This document shows positions 18,039 through 27,043 of a stretch of 64,000 nucleotides of DNA, one piece after another. The stretch covers positions 421,455-485,454 of the forward strand of contig JAOAGT010000001.1 in NCBI GenBank assembly GCA_026415615.1, written 5' to 3'. A model generated the notes under the pieces. The model did not search any database, was not told where the DNA came from, and saw only the letters and a list, made by a program, of their open reading frames with translations. A program made the translations under genes and the position numbers. This DNA comes from Thermoleophilia bacterium (GTDB taxonomy: Bacteria; Actinomycetota; Thermoleophilia; RBG-16-64-13). Each line of letters begins with the position of its first letter. Position 1 is the stretch's first letter.

Positions 18039-19007
18039 GTGGAACTGGAGCTAACGCAGCGTACAAGACTCATCCTCGTCTCCCTGGCAGTGGACGCTCT
18101 TCTTGGTGATCCGCGCTGGTTTCCTCACCCTGCCAAGTTGACTGGTCGGCTTGCTCTACGGCTCGAAGCTCTTACGAGAAAACATATTGCCAACGAGCGG
18201 CTTGCGGGCTTTGCAACTGCAACTGCTGTGATCTTGTCTTCTGGACTGGTTACCTTTGCCTGCACCCGGGCAGCGCGTCTGATTCACCCCCGCCTTGGCC
18301 AAGCCGCTCAGATACTGGTGTTTTGGACAGCTATCGCCCCTCGCGATCTGGCCGATCATGCGCTTGCCGTACATCGAGCTCTTGTTAGAGGAGACCTAGA
18401 TGCGGCAAGGACCTTGGTGGGCAGGATGGTGGGGCGTGATGTGGCGGAGCTTGGTCCACCCGAGGTAGTGCGGGCAGCCGTGGAGAGCGTGGCGGAAAAC
18501 ACCGTGGACGGAGTAACTTCGCCGCTTTTTTACGCGTTTGTGGGCGGGCCGGTGGGCGCGGCGGTGTTTAAGGCCATAAGCACATTGGATTCAACGTTTG
18601 GCTATCGCAACGAGCGGTATCTGAAATTTGGCTGGGCCTCAGCCCGGGCGGACGACATAGCCAACTACATTCCGGCCCGGGGGAGTCTCGGCGCTTTTGT
18701 CCTGGCGGCGGCTGTGTTGCGTCGGCGCGCACGGCGGGCCTTACAGGTAGCTCTGCGCGATGGCTCCAAACACGCAAGTCCAAATTCTGGCCTCGCGGAA
18801 GCAGCTATGGCCGGGGCGCTCGGGGTTCAGCTGGGGGGTCCGCTAAAGCGAGGGGGAGAGACCATACAGCTTCCCACTCTCGGTGATCCAGACCATCCTC
18901 TGGAGCCTGGCCACATAAGACAGGCTGTCGCGCTCATGGCGGCCACTACCGTTGTGTGGACGGCTCTTCTCTGTATGGGGACGCGGGTTCTAGCTCGGCT
19001 TATGTGA
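18039..19007 (+). CDS. cbiB: Adenosylcobinamide-phosphate synthase CbiB (CobD/CbiB membrane family)
   Basis: Membrane protein with LAVDALLGDPRWFPHPAKLTGRL and LDSTFGYRNERYLKFGWASARADD motifs. Start reset to the GTG at 18039, just after the cobD stop; the track ORF from 17922 is an artefact of the overlapping repeat frame. Confidence 0.8.
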   Translation: MELELTQRTRLILVSLAVDALLGDPRWFPHPAKLTGRLALRLEALTRKHIANERLAGFATATAVILSSGLVTFACTRAARLIHPRLGQAAQILVFWTAIAPRDLADHALAVHRALVRGDLDAARTLVGRMVGRDVAELGPPEVVRAAVESVAENTVDGVTSPLFYAFVGGPVGAAVFKAISTLDSTFGYRNERYLKFGWASARADDIANYIPARGSLGAFVLAAAVLRRRARRALQVALRDGSKHASPNSGLAEAAMAGALGVQLGGPLKRGGETIQLPTLGDPDHPLEPGHIRQAVALMAATTVVWTALLCMGTRVLARLM

Positions 19008-19176
19008 CCGCTGGGACTGGCACAATCTCTTAAGCCATATCTGGCATCCCGCTGCCGCCAGAGTGACGATCAAAATAATGGCAATGATCCCCAAAGCATG
19101 CTCCTTATCGGCTGCCTGTCACTTGGTCAACGCTGCTTAGAACCAAAATTGCCCTTCTGGGGCCTCTGGCTCTTCG

Positions 19177-21039
19177 CTACCTACGGATATTCGCGAAGCT
19201 GGGGATTGACTCCTGCAGCGGAACCGCAGAACTCGGAGTGTTTGGCGTGGAGGTATCGGTTGCGGGGTTAGGCGCCATCATGTCTCTTGACGCAGCGCCG
19301 GCTATTTCCAGATTAGGGATACCAAGCACGTCCAGCACGTTAGTGAGTGGGGCGTTCACTGTATGCTTGGCGGCTTCTTCTACGATCTTGCTCTTTGGCT
19401 CGAAAGCAACAGACGTCCCTACGCTGCGAAGCAGACAAACGTCATTTACATTGTCGCCTACAGCCACTGTTTCGGACGGTCTTAGCCCGGCAGCAGCGGC
19501 CAGATGCAAAAGCACGTTTGCCTTGCAGGAATAGTGCTCTTTGCAGCCGTACTCTGCGATGGTTGCTGGAGCAACCGTGAGCTCTCCGGTTGCGCGCCCG
19601 TGACGGAAATGCATCAGGTGGGCCACGCAAGAGTCAGCAAAAACACGCCGGCGTACAATCTCAGCAGCTACGTGAAAACTGTCGGTGACCACAACCACTC
19701 GGTATCCAGCTTTGCGCAAGGCTACAACAGTTTCGGGAGCGCCGGGTACTAGAGGCATCGAACGCGCCGCTTCTTCGAAGATTTCCTTGTGAACGCCGGC
19801 GAAAAGCGAGGCAATCATTTGGGCTCTTTGCTCATTCGTAAGAGTGTGGTTATCGAGCAACAGGTCAAGCTCTGTGCTTACACCTACGCGTTCGGCAACT
19901 TCAGCCACGTACCGACCGTTCAACAGGACGCCATCCATGTCCAGCAAGGCATGTCGCGCGGGAGCGGTCGTTAGGTCGGCATTCGGAAGCAACGCGGCGC
20001 GGACTCTGCGTTCGGCTTCCTCCATCTCACGCACTGAGTTGATGCTCAACCGTTCGTATCTCCATGCTCGGTCGAGGATCACTCTGGCTACTTGTTTGGC
20101 CATTACGCCCAGCGCCTCAAGAGACTGGCTTTCGTGAACAATCCGCCCAATGTGGACCTCGCATACTGCGGCTCCTTTTGCCACCACCGAGTCGATGAGA
20201 AGTCCAACGTCGACCCCGTAGTCGTTTTCGAAGCGAAGTCCGCGAAAGAGGGAGGTGCGCGCAGCCACGATGCCTCCCAGCGGTTGTTGGAATCGCTCTA
20301 GCTCGGGGAAAAACGCGGAGAGAAGAGGGCGGGCGGTTAGCACTGTGACTCGACCAGCCTCGCGACTGAAGGCGGCCTTCACTAGGTCGGCCTCTCCCGC
20401 CAGGATGGGGTCGGTCATAACTTCGACAATATCCGGCCTGATATCTTCAAGGTCAGCGTCAAGGAACAATATGATTTTGCCCTGGGCTACCCTAACGCCA
20501 TCTTCCATGGAAGCACCCTTGCCCAAGAGGGTGCTCATCATGACACGCGCTCCCGCCTGGGCGGCCATCTCCACGGTGTCGTCAGTGGATCCGTCGTCAA
20601 CTACTATGACTTCTCGCACTCTGGAGCTCTTCTTGACCACACGCACGAGGCGGCCGATCGTTCGAGCTTCGTTGAGGGCTGGAATGATCACGGTTACTGG
20701 AGCCGGGCCAAATTGCGTCCTGCTGTGCAAAAAGATCTCGGTTGGACGAAAATTTTCGCGCAGAGCCGCGGCAAGCAACTCTTTGCCACGGACAGTGGGG
20801 AGCAGGTGGCCCAGGCACGGCCACTCCACGGCTTCTGCGTTAGTCAAGCGATGGGCTGATTCCTCAACGGTTAGGCGTGACCAACTCAGGTGTTCGGCAA
20901 GGTCGTCTAGGGAGACAGCCGTCTGAAACTCTTCGCTGAGTTGAAACAGAAGTTGGAGAAAAGCAATCTCCCGCTCGCCAATCGCAGCTGGCGGGTTGGT
21001 AAAGTCCGAGGGATGGTAGTTGGGATTTCCTTTTGCCAT
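19177..21039 (-). CDS. Three-domain fusion: N-terminal winged-helix-like domain + glucosyl-3-phosphoglycerate-synthase-like retaining glycosyltransferase + HAD-IB (phosphoserine-phosphatase-like) phosphatase
   Basis: The middle region resembles GpgS (VTVIIPALNEARTIGRLV...VIVVDDGSTDDT...ILFLDADL...VLTARPLLSAFFPELERFQQPLGGIVAARTS...YGVDVGLLID). The C-terminal HAD has motif I (LLDMDGVLL) and motifs III/IV (VAVGDNVNDVCLL). The N-terminal roughly 110 aa look like a wHTH. Start placed at the ATG at 21039 (MAKGNPNY); the upstream 48 codons in the track overlap the divergent gene. Confidence 0.65.
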   Translation of the reverse strand: MAKGNPNYHPSDFTNPPAAIGEREIAFLQLLFQLSEEFQTAVSLDDLAEHLSWSRLTVEESAHRLTNAEAVEWPCLGHLLPTVRGKELLAAALRENFRPTEIFLHSRTQFGPAPVTVIIPALNEARTIGRLVRVVKKSSRVREVIVVDDGSTDDTVEMAAQAGARVMMSTLLGKGASMEDGVRVAQGKIILFLDADLEDIRPDIVEVMTDPILAGEADLVKAAFSREAGRVTVLTARPLLSAFFPELERFQQPLGGIVAARTSLFRGLRFENDYGVDVGLLIDSVVAKGAAVCEVHIGRIVHESQSLEALGVMAKQVARVILDRAWRYERLSINSVREMEEAERRVRAALLPNADLTTAPARHALLDMDGVLLNGRYVAEVAERVGVSTELDLLLDNHTLTNEQRAQMIASLFAGVHKEIFEEAARSMPLVPGAPETVVALRKAGYRVVVVTDSFHVAAEIVRRRVFADSCVAHLMHFRHGRATGELTVAPATIAEYGCKEHYSCKANVLLHLAAAAGLRPSETVAVGDNVNDVCLLRSVGTSVAFEPKSKIVEEAAKHTVNAPLTNVLDVLGIPNLEIAGAASRDMMAPNPATDTSTPNTPSSAVPLQESIPSFANIRR

Positions 21040-21142
21040 GTCGCCTCTTCTTCTGCTTTTCTTGTCTGGCGCGTATGGTTTTTCGAAGGGCTTAGACGCT
21101 GGCTGTCGGGCGCAAAGCGTAGGTACTTGGTGTAACAGATGT

Positions 21143-21160
21143 GTAACAAAGAAGTTACAG
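21143..21160. promoter_or_regulatory. Perfect palindrome TGTAAC-N6-GTTACA (candidate operator) in the divergent promoter region
   Basis: tgtaacaaagaagttaca is seen directly, with an extra TGTAACA half-site 12 bp upstream (21131..21137). It lies between the GT-HAD fusion (minus) and the EamA transporter (plus). Confidence 0.4.
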
Positions 21161-21210
21161 AGAGCGCAGTTGAACCTGACCACGATCCAGGTTTGGTTGG
21201 ACCAGCGTCT

Positions 21211-22098
21211 TTGAAGACACGCGTGTTGCCTCTAGTCGCCCTCTTGCTCTTGGCTTTGATCTGGGGTTACTCCTGGGTGGTAATGAAGGTAGCTCTCGAC
21301 TACTGCCCGCCGTTCTTGTTTGCCGCTCTGAGAACCTTTCTGGGAGCGATTGCGTTGTTCGTGGCGCTCATACTGCTCCGTCGACCTCTACGACCACGAG
21401 CGCTTGGTGGCACAGCAGTGCTTGGTCTGCTTCAGACCACCGGATTTGTTGGATTTCTCACCTGGGCTTTGGCTACGGGAGCAGCAGGGAGGACCTCCGT
21501 TCTGACGTATACGATGCCCTTTTGGCTATTGCTCATGGCCAGCGCGCTCTTGGGGGAGAGACTGAGCCGCGCTCAATGGGGCGCGGTCTTGCTGGCTTTT
21601 GTGGGTCTACTTCTCATAGTCTCTCCCTGGAACTTGCACGGGGGAGCAAGCCCTTTTCTTGCGGTTGCTGGTGCAGTCTTTTGGGCGGCTAGCGCAGTGC
21701 AGGCCAAACTTCTCCGTGCCAAGCATCAGCTTGATCTGCTTGCTTTGACTTTCTGGCAAATGCTGGCGGGGGCAATTCCTTTGGCATTGGTAGCGGTACT
21801 CGCAGAACGTGAGTGGCTGGTTTGGAGTGCGACGTTTGCGGTGGCTTTGGCCTATGTGGCGATACTGGGTAACGCCGTGGCGTGGCTCCTCTGGATGTAC
21901 ATACTTGATAGCATGCCCGCGGGAACAGCCGGGCTTGCTACTCTTCTTACCCCAGTAGTTGGCGTTCTTTCTTCATGGTTTCAGTTGGGAGAACGTCCCG
22001 GCGCTGTTGAGGGGATAGGCATGATAGCCATCGTGGGGGCGCTCTTGTGGACGGTGCTTTCCGAACTTACTAGAGGAAGAAAACGGCTGTCACGATAA
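21211..22098 (+). CDS. EamA/DMT-family transporter
   Basis: Ten predicted TM helices and two EamA-like halves (LIWGYSWVVMKVALDY...; ...LWMYILDSMPAGTAG). The start is uncertain: the track's ATG at 21139 lies inside the palindrome, and an in-frame TTG at 21211 or GTG at 21223 is more plausible. Confidence 0.65.
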   Translation: MKTRVLPLVALLLLALIWGYSWVVMKVALDYCPPFLFAALRTFLGAIALFVALILLRRPLRPRALGGTAVLGLLQTTGFVGFLTWALATGAAGRTSVLTYTMPFWLLLMASALLGERLSRAQWGAVLLAFVGLLLIVSPWNLHGGASPFLAVAGAVFWAASAVQAKLLRAKHQLDLLALTFWQMLAGAIPLALVAVLAEREWLVWSATFAVALAYVAILGNAVAWLLWMYILDSMPAGTAGLATLLTPVVGVLSSWFQLGERPGAVEGIGMIAIVGALLWTVLSELTRGRKRLSR

Positions 22099-23407
22099 CA
22101 AAGATGGGGCCAAGGATGCCTACCGAGTAAAGCATGTAGCCAAAAAACGAGGGCATCTTGACCCCGGCTCGCTCGGCGATGGAGCGCACGGCGAAGTTGG
22201 GGGCATTGCCTATATAAGTCATGGCTCCAAACATGACTGCCCCGCAGGAAATGGCTCTTAGGAAATCGGCGGGGGAGAAGCCTAACCCGGGCACAACATG
22301 GGTTGCAGTTAGTGCCCCTACTGTGTGTACACCCACCAAACCTTGGGCAACCGAAGCAAAAGTCAGGTAGGTAGGCGCATTATCCAGGAAGGATGAAAGA
22401 CCTCCGGTAAGCCAGTAAAAATGCCATGGTTTGGTGAGGCCAATGGAGGCTCCATGGGCCTCGAGCAGGGCCAAGGCTGGGATCATGGTGGCGAATATAC
22501 CGGCGAAAAGCACAGCGACTTCCACAATAGGATGCCAGCTGAAATGGTTCGCTGCCCTCGGTCCCTTGGGACCCAGGGTGAGCGATATCACGGCTAGGGC
22601 GACGAGAATTACCTCGCGCAAGAACGGGAAGTGGATCTTTGCGCCTGCGTTGGCGAGGGGGGCCGAGAAGAGCACAGTGACTATAACCAACGCCAGGAGA
22701 ACGAGGTTGATCATGCCTTTGAGTCTCATGGGCACGTAGTCACCCACGTCCATCTGTTTGGCGGGAACCGGCTCCTTGCGGTAGTAGTAGAGCTCAAAAG
22801 CAAGATAGGCGACCAACACTAGGCCTACCACCAACAACCACTCGGCCCAAAGCCCCAAGGTCCAGGAGAAAGGCACTCCCCGCAAGAAGCCTAGAAACAG
22901 GGGCGGATCGCCAAGTGGGGTGAGAAGCCCGCCCACATTGCTTACCGCAAAGATAAAAAAGACCACAGTGTGGCGAGTGTACTTGCGCTCCGAGTTTGCT
23001 CGAAGCAGCGGCCTGATTAGCACCATGGATGCACCCATGGTTCCGATGAAGCTAGCAATTACCGAGCCTAAAGCCAAGAAAGCTAGATTGGTGCTTGGTC
23101 TGGCCACAAGATTTCCTGTCAGATACAGACCTCCGGAAATCGTGTACAGGGAGAACAAAAGGAGAATAAAAGACACGTACTCGGCTGCCGTGTGGCCTGC
23201 CATCTCTAGCCCAAGATGCCCGAAGTCTGCCACGAGATAGATGACCATAGGGGCCCCCAGGACAGCAGCCACTATTGCCTTGTTCCGATTGCGTTCAAAC
23301 CAGTGGGGGCAGGTAAGGGGAAGAACAGCTATCGCCAGCAACATGCAGGCGAAAGGGGCAAGAGTCCAAAGTCCGAGTTGTTGGCCCAGTTCTACGTTGG
23401 CGTTCAA
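22070..23407 (-). CDS. ArsB/NhaD-superfamily permease (putative Na+/H+ antiporter NhaD-type)
   Basis: 445 aa with about 12 TM segments and the ion-transporter-superfamily signature IGNAPNFAV near the C-terminus. Confidence 0.5.
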   Translation of the reverse strand: MNANVELGQQLGLWTLAPFACMLLAIAVLPLTCPHWFERNRNKAIVAAVLGAPMVIYLVADFGHLGLEMAGHTAAEYVSFILLLFSLYTISGGLYLTGNLVARPSTNLAFLALGSVIASFIGTMGASMVLIRPLLRANSERKYTRHTVVFFIFAVSNVGGLLTPLGDPPLFLGFLRGVPFSWTLGLWAEWLLVVGLVLVAYLAFELYYYRKEPVPAKQMDVGDYVPMRLKGMINLVLLALVIVTVLFSAPLANAGAKIHFPFLREVILVALAVISLTLGPKGPRAANHFSWHPIVEVAVLFAGIFATMIPALALLEAHGASIGLTKPWHFYWLTGGLSSFLDNAPTYLTFASVAQGLVGVHTVGALTATHVVPGLGFSPADFLRAISCGAVMFGAMTYIGNAPNFAVRSIAERAGVKMPSFFGYMLYSVGILGPIFVIVTAVFFL

Positions 23408-23608
23408 TTCCTCTCCCTTTTGGGTAGCTCGCCCAGCTTATCGTGGAATGCTGTGCTAAGGCAACACTTGCTGAAAAACCAGTTGACTTCCTCCTAAGAC
23501 ATCTGTCAATCTGTAAGCGCTGGCGGTGTAAAGCAGCTTCGGGGCCGTTGTCGCTAGGGCGATATGCGAGCAAATGGGCCCCGGCTGCCAAAATAGGATT
23601 TTAGTTTC

Positions 23609-24280
23609 ATGGTGAAGGACGGAAGAGAGGGCGCTCATCCGGGGGAATACCCCTATCCATCTAGCTGGCTGGGCCGGCTTCGCGCACGGGCGGTCAGAAT
23701 CGCGCTAGACATCTGGAACGGGCGTGAAACCGAACCTGAGATGCTAGCAGGCGAGGAGCCGCCTCGCCTTGAGTACAGCCGTTTAGACTCCTGGTACACG
23801 CGATTTACCCGTTGGCTGTCATACCTTGCGGCTCTGTCACTAGGGGCAGTTGCAATTATCTGCTTCGTTGACGTGATCGGGTGGAAATTCTTCGGCTGGA
23901 CCGTGCCGAGTGCGCAATCGCTTATCAAGCATTTGAATCTTGTTTTGGTGTTTCTTGGGGTGGCCTATGTCCAAATGGATAGGGGAAGCATCGGCATTGA
24001 GCTGCTGCAAAACAAGTTCCACCGCGTAGGCAAACTAGTCGTGCGGATGTTTGGTTCCCTGCTTGGCATTGGAGTGTGCAGTTTTGCGGCCATACGGGGC
24101 TGGGCTTATGCGGCTGAGCTGATGAAGGAGCATGCAGTAGCCGAGGGTTTGTGGAGGTTCAAGCTCTGGCCGTTCCAAGTCGTGCTGGTCATCGGCTTTG
24201 CCGCTTTGGCGCTTGCTTTCGTTTTTGCCATAGCTCGTGATCTAACTGATTTTCGCAAGCGACGGGGCAGGTACGCCTAG
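23609..24280 (+). CDS. dctQ: TRAP transporter small permease DctQ
   Basis: Four-TM small subunit immediately upstream of dctM. The N-terminal roughly 45 aa may not be translated; an alternative ATG is at 23741. Confidence 0.65.
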   Translation: MVKDGREGAHPGEYPYPSSWLGRLRARAVRIALDIWNGRETEPEMLAGEEPPRLEYSRLDSWYTRFTRWLSYLAALSLGAVAIICFVDVIGWKFFGWTVPSAQSLIKHLNLVLVFLGVAYVQMDRGSIGIELLQNKFHRVGKLVVRMFGSLLGIGVCSFAAIRGWAYAAELMKEHAVAEGLWRFKLWPFQVVLVIGFAALALAFVFAIARDLTDFRKRRGRYA

Positions 24281-24294
24281 GAGAGGCGGGCAAC

Positions 24295-25611
24295 GTGGAA
24301 TTTCAGGCGATAGTGGGACTGGCTGGGTTTGCTGCGATGCTGGTAATGATTCTTGCCGGCATCCCTATTTTTGTCACGCTGCTCTCGGTGACCTTTGTTG
24401 GCATGTTGATCTTGGAGGGCGGCGATCTAACCATGGTGTTTCAGCAGTTCAAGACTGCCCCCTATGCCCGGGCGGCGGACTATTCCTTTGCCGTGCTGCC
24501 TCTGTTCATGTTGCTCGGGGTTCTTGCGGGTGAAACAGGAGTGGGCAGGAATTCCTATGACGCCATTGCCCGGTGGACAAACCGGATGCCCGGGGGTCTG
24601 CTTGCCGCCACAATCGGCGGGAACGCAGTTTTTGGCGCTGTCAGTGGCATGTCTTTGGCTGCCAACATGGTTTTCGCCAAGATCGCCTTACCCGAGCTAA
24701 CTCGAGCCGGTTACGACAAACGTCTTTCCATGGCCACCATCGTTGCTTCGGGCTGCCTGGACAATCTTATTCCCCCAAGCATGGCCATCATCATCTTCTG
24801 TGTACTTGTTCAGAATCTCTCTCTGGGAAGGGCGCTCATGTGCGGCATAGGGCCGGCGCTCTTGCTTATGGTTCTCTTGTATGGGGTGGTGTTGGTTCAG
24901 TATTGGCTACATCCGGAGCGCGTTCCCCGGGCTGGAGCGGTGCGCTACACGTGGCGCGAGAGGATGGCCTCGCTCAAATTCCTGCTCCCCGTGGCTGCAT
25001 TCTTCGTCTTGGTGATCGGCGGCACCTTCTGGGGCGTGTTCTCAGCTACCGTGGCGGGCGCGATAGGATCAGTGATCTTGATTGTCTATGGGCTCATCCG
25101 CCGGGTGGCTCTTAAGAAGATTCTGCGTGCGATGTGGGAAGCGTGCGTTATGAACGCTGGCATCTTCCCCATAGTTATAGCAGGCACGATGTTTAGCCGC
25201 TTCATTAGTTTGAGTCGACTACCTTTCCATCTGACCGAGTGGTTCCAAAGCCTGAATATGCCAGGGTACGTAGTGTTTTTGATCGTGCTGATCTTTTATG
25301 TCTTCTGCGGCTGCATCATGGATATCGCCTCAGTGATCATTATCACTATTCCTGTGGTTTTCCCGCTCCTGGTGGATGGTTTCGGGTTTGATCCGTACAT
25401 GCTGGTTATTGTTCTTGTGTTTGTAGGCGAGATGGCCGGTCTAACGCCGCCAATTGGGATGAACGTGTTCGCGACGGCCAGTGCGCTTAAAGTAGATCCT
25501 GGCGAGATATTCCGCGGAGTGTGGCCGTTTGTAGCGGTGGAGTTCGCGACTGCTCTTGTGATTGGAGCATTTCCTGTGTTAGTGACGTGGCTTCCAGATC
25601 TACTAGGATAG
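24295..25611 (+). CDS. dctM: TRAP transporter large permease DctM
   Basis: 438-aa polytopic membrane protein of the DctM family. GTG start preceded by AGGAGAGG. Confidence 0.85.
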   Translation: MEFQAIVGLAGFAAMLVMILAGIPIFVTLLSVTFVGMLILEGGDLTMVFQQFKTAPYARAADYSFAVLPLFMLLGVLAGETGVGRNSYDAIARWTNRMPGGLLAATIGGNAVFGAVSGMSLAANMVFAKIALPELTRAGYDKRLSMATIVASGCLDNLIPPSMAIIIFCVLVQNLSLGRALMCGIGPALLLMVLLYGVVLVQYWLHPERVPRAGAVRYTWRERMASLKFLLPVAAFFVLVIGGTFWGVFSATVAGAIGSVILIVYGLIRRVALKKILRAMWEACVMNAGIFPIVIAGTMFSRFISLSRLPFHLTEWFQSLNMPGYVVFLIVLIFYVFCGCIMDIASVIIITIPVVFPLLVDGFGFDPYMLVIVLVFVGEMAGLTPPIGMNVFATASALKVDPGEIFRGVWPFVAVEFATALVIGAFPVLVTWLPDLLG

Positions 25612-25729
25612 GTAGGGGAGGTGATGCAGGGCCTGATCCGATGGTGCGGCATGAGTTTTGATGCGGCTACGTCTTAGACTGACAGGGTAAGCGGGGAGCC
25701 CCGCAAAGCAAAGCGAAGGAGGGCGAGTC

Positions 25730-26878
25730 ATGAAGAAGCTATGGATATTAGGTCTGGCTATACTTGTGGCGCTGGCCGTGGGGCTTGTCGCTTGCGGCGA
25801 GGAAGAGCAAACAACCACGACGGCAGCTCCCACCACGGCTACTACTCAGGCTGCGAGCACCACGACCAGCACGGCTGCTCCTGAGACTACAACTACGTCA
25901 GTGGCCAAGGAACCCATTGTCTTCAAGATGGCTAGCACTTTCCAAGAGACCGAAACCGGCGGGTTGATGGCCCAACATTTCATTGATCTTATCCACGAGC
26001 GGACCCAGGGAGCGGTAAAGATCGAGCTTTACCCGGGAGGGACGCTCGGTGGGCCACCCGAAGTCCTTGGTCTGCTTGAGTCTGGCGCAGCCGACATCGC
26101 TCCATTTGGCCATCCGGCGGCTGCCGCATCTTTGCCTCTGCTTAACTTCCCTATGTGGGCGCCTGGGGATCAGCAGACCGCCATCGCCTACTTCAATCAC
26201 ATGGTGTTTGAGAATCCCGACACTGCTCCTCTAATCCAGGCTGAGGCGGAGGCGCACAACATCAAGTATCTGGGCTTCAACGCGGGTGGCTCTAATGTGT
26301 TTGTCTCCAAGGTGCCCTTCACCAAGCTGGCCGACCTCAAGGGAAAGAAGTGCGCCGTAGGTGGGGCCATCCCGGCGTTCCAGGCCATCGGGCTCGAACC
26401 GGTTGAATCTTTCCCACCCGACACGTACGAGAACTTGTCGCGCGGCATTGCCGACTGTGCACAGATGGGCTTCTCACCGACTGTCCAGCTTAAGTGGTAC
26501 GAAGTGGCAAAGTACTACATGTTTGACGGCACTTATGCCGCTGGGAACCCCTGGACCGTCAATTTGAAGAGCTGGGCCAAGCTAAGCCCCGAGCTTCAGC
26601 AGGTATTTCTGGACGTAGCCAAAGAAATGGAGGCTTGGAGTACTGAGCTCACGTTAAACGAAGAGCAGAAGGCTCTCGAAACGCTCAAAGCGGCTGGCGT
26701 AACCGTGGGCACTTTGAGCGCGGAAGACCAGAAACTGTGGTGGGATGCACTGTTCAAGGCGTGCGCCGACTCGCAGTATAAACTGGCCAAGGATGGGGGA
26801 TTTGCTGATCAGATGGTCACCGTGCTAAAAGCTGCGGCGGCCTTCACAAAGACTACCTGGGAACCGCCAGCGCAGTGA
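25730..26878 (+). CDS. dctP: TRAP transporter substrate-binding lipoprotein DctP
   Basis: Lipoprotein signal with lipobox LVAC, then the Thr-rich linker GEEEQTTTTAAPTTATTQAASTTTSTAAPETTTTS, then a DctP-family fold. Confidence 0.8.
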   Translation: MKKLWILGLAILVALAVGLVACGEEEQTTTTAAPTTATTQAASTTTSTAAPETTTTSVAKEPIVFKMASTFQETETGGLMAQHFIDLIHERTQGAVKIELYPGGTLGGPPEVLGLLESGAADIAPFGHPAAAASLPLLNFPMWAPGDQQTAIAYFNHMVFENPDTAPLIQAEAEAHNIKYLGFNAGGSNVFVSKVPFTKLADLKGKKCAVGGAIPAFQAIGLEPVESFPPDTYENLSRGIADCAQMGFSPTVQLKWYEVAKYYMFDGTYAAGNPWTVNLKSWAKLSPELQQVFLDVAKEMEAWSTELTLNEEQKALETLKAAGVTVGTLSAEDQKLWWDALFKACADSQYKLAKDGGFADQMVTVLKAAAAFTKTTWEPPAQ

Positions 26879-26894
26879 GAGAGGCAGCCCTTGG

Positions 26895-26938
26895 CGCGGC
26901 CGGCAAGAAAACCTTGCCGGCCGCGCGCTTCTTTTTCG
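26895..26938 (+). terminator. Rho-independent terminator after dctP
   Basis: GCGCGGCCGGCAAG-aaaacc-TTGCCGGCCGCGCGC followed by TTCTTTTT. Confidence 0.8.
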
Positions 26939-27043
26939 GTCCCGCTATTCTGTTCCGGCCCTGCTGTTCTTCTCCGCTTCCTTGCGGGGGTTGGTCGTTT
27001 TCCGCGGCATTAGCTGTTCAAGCGTCCAAACTCTCCAAGTCTG

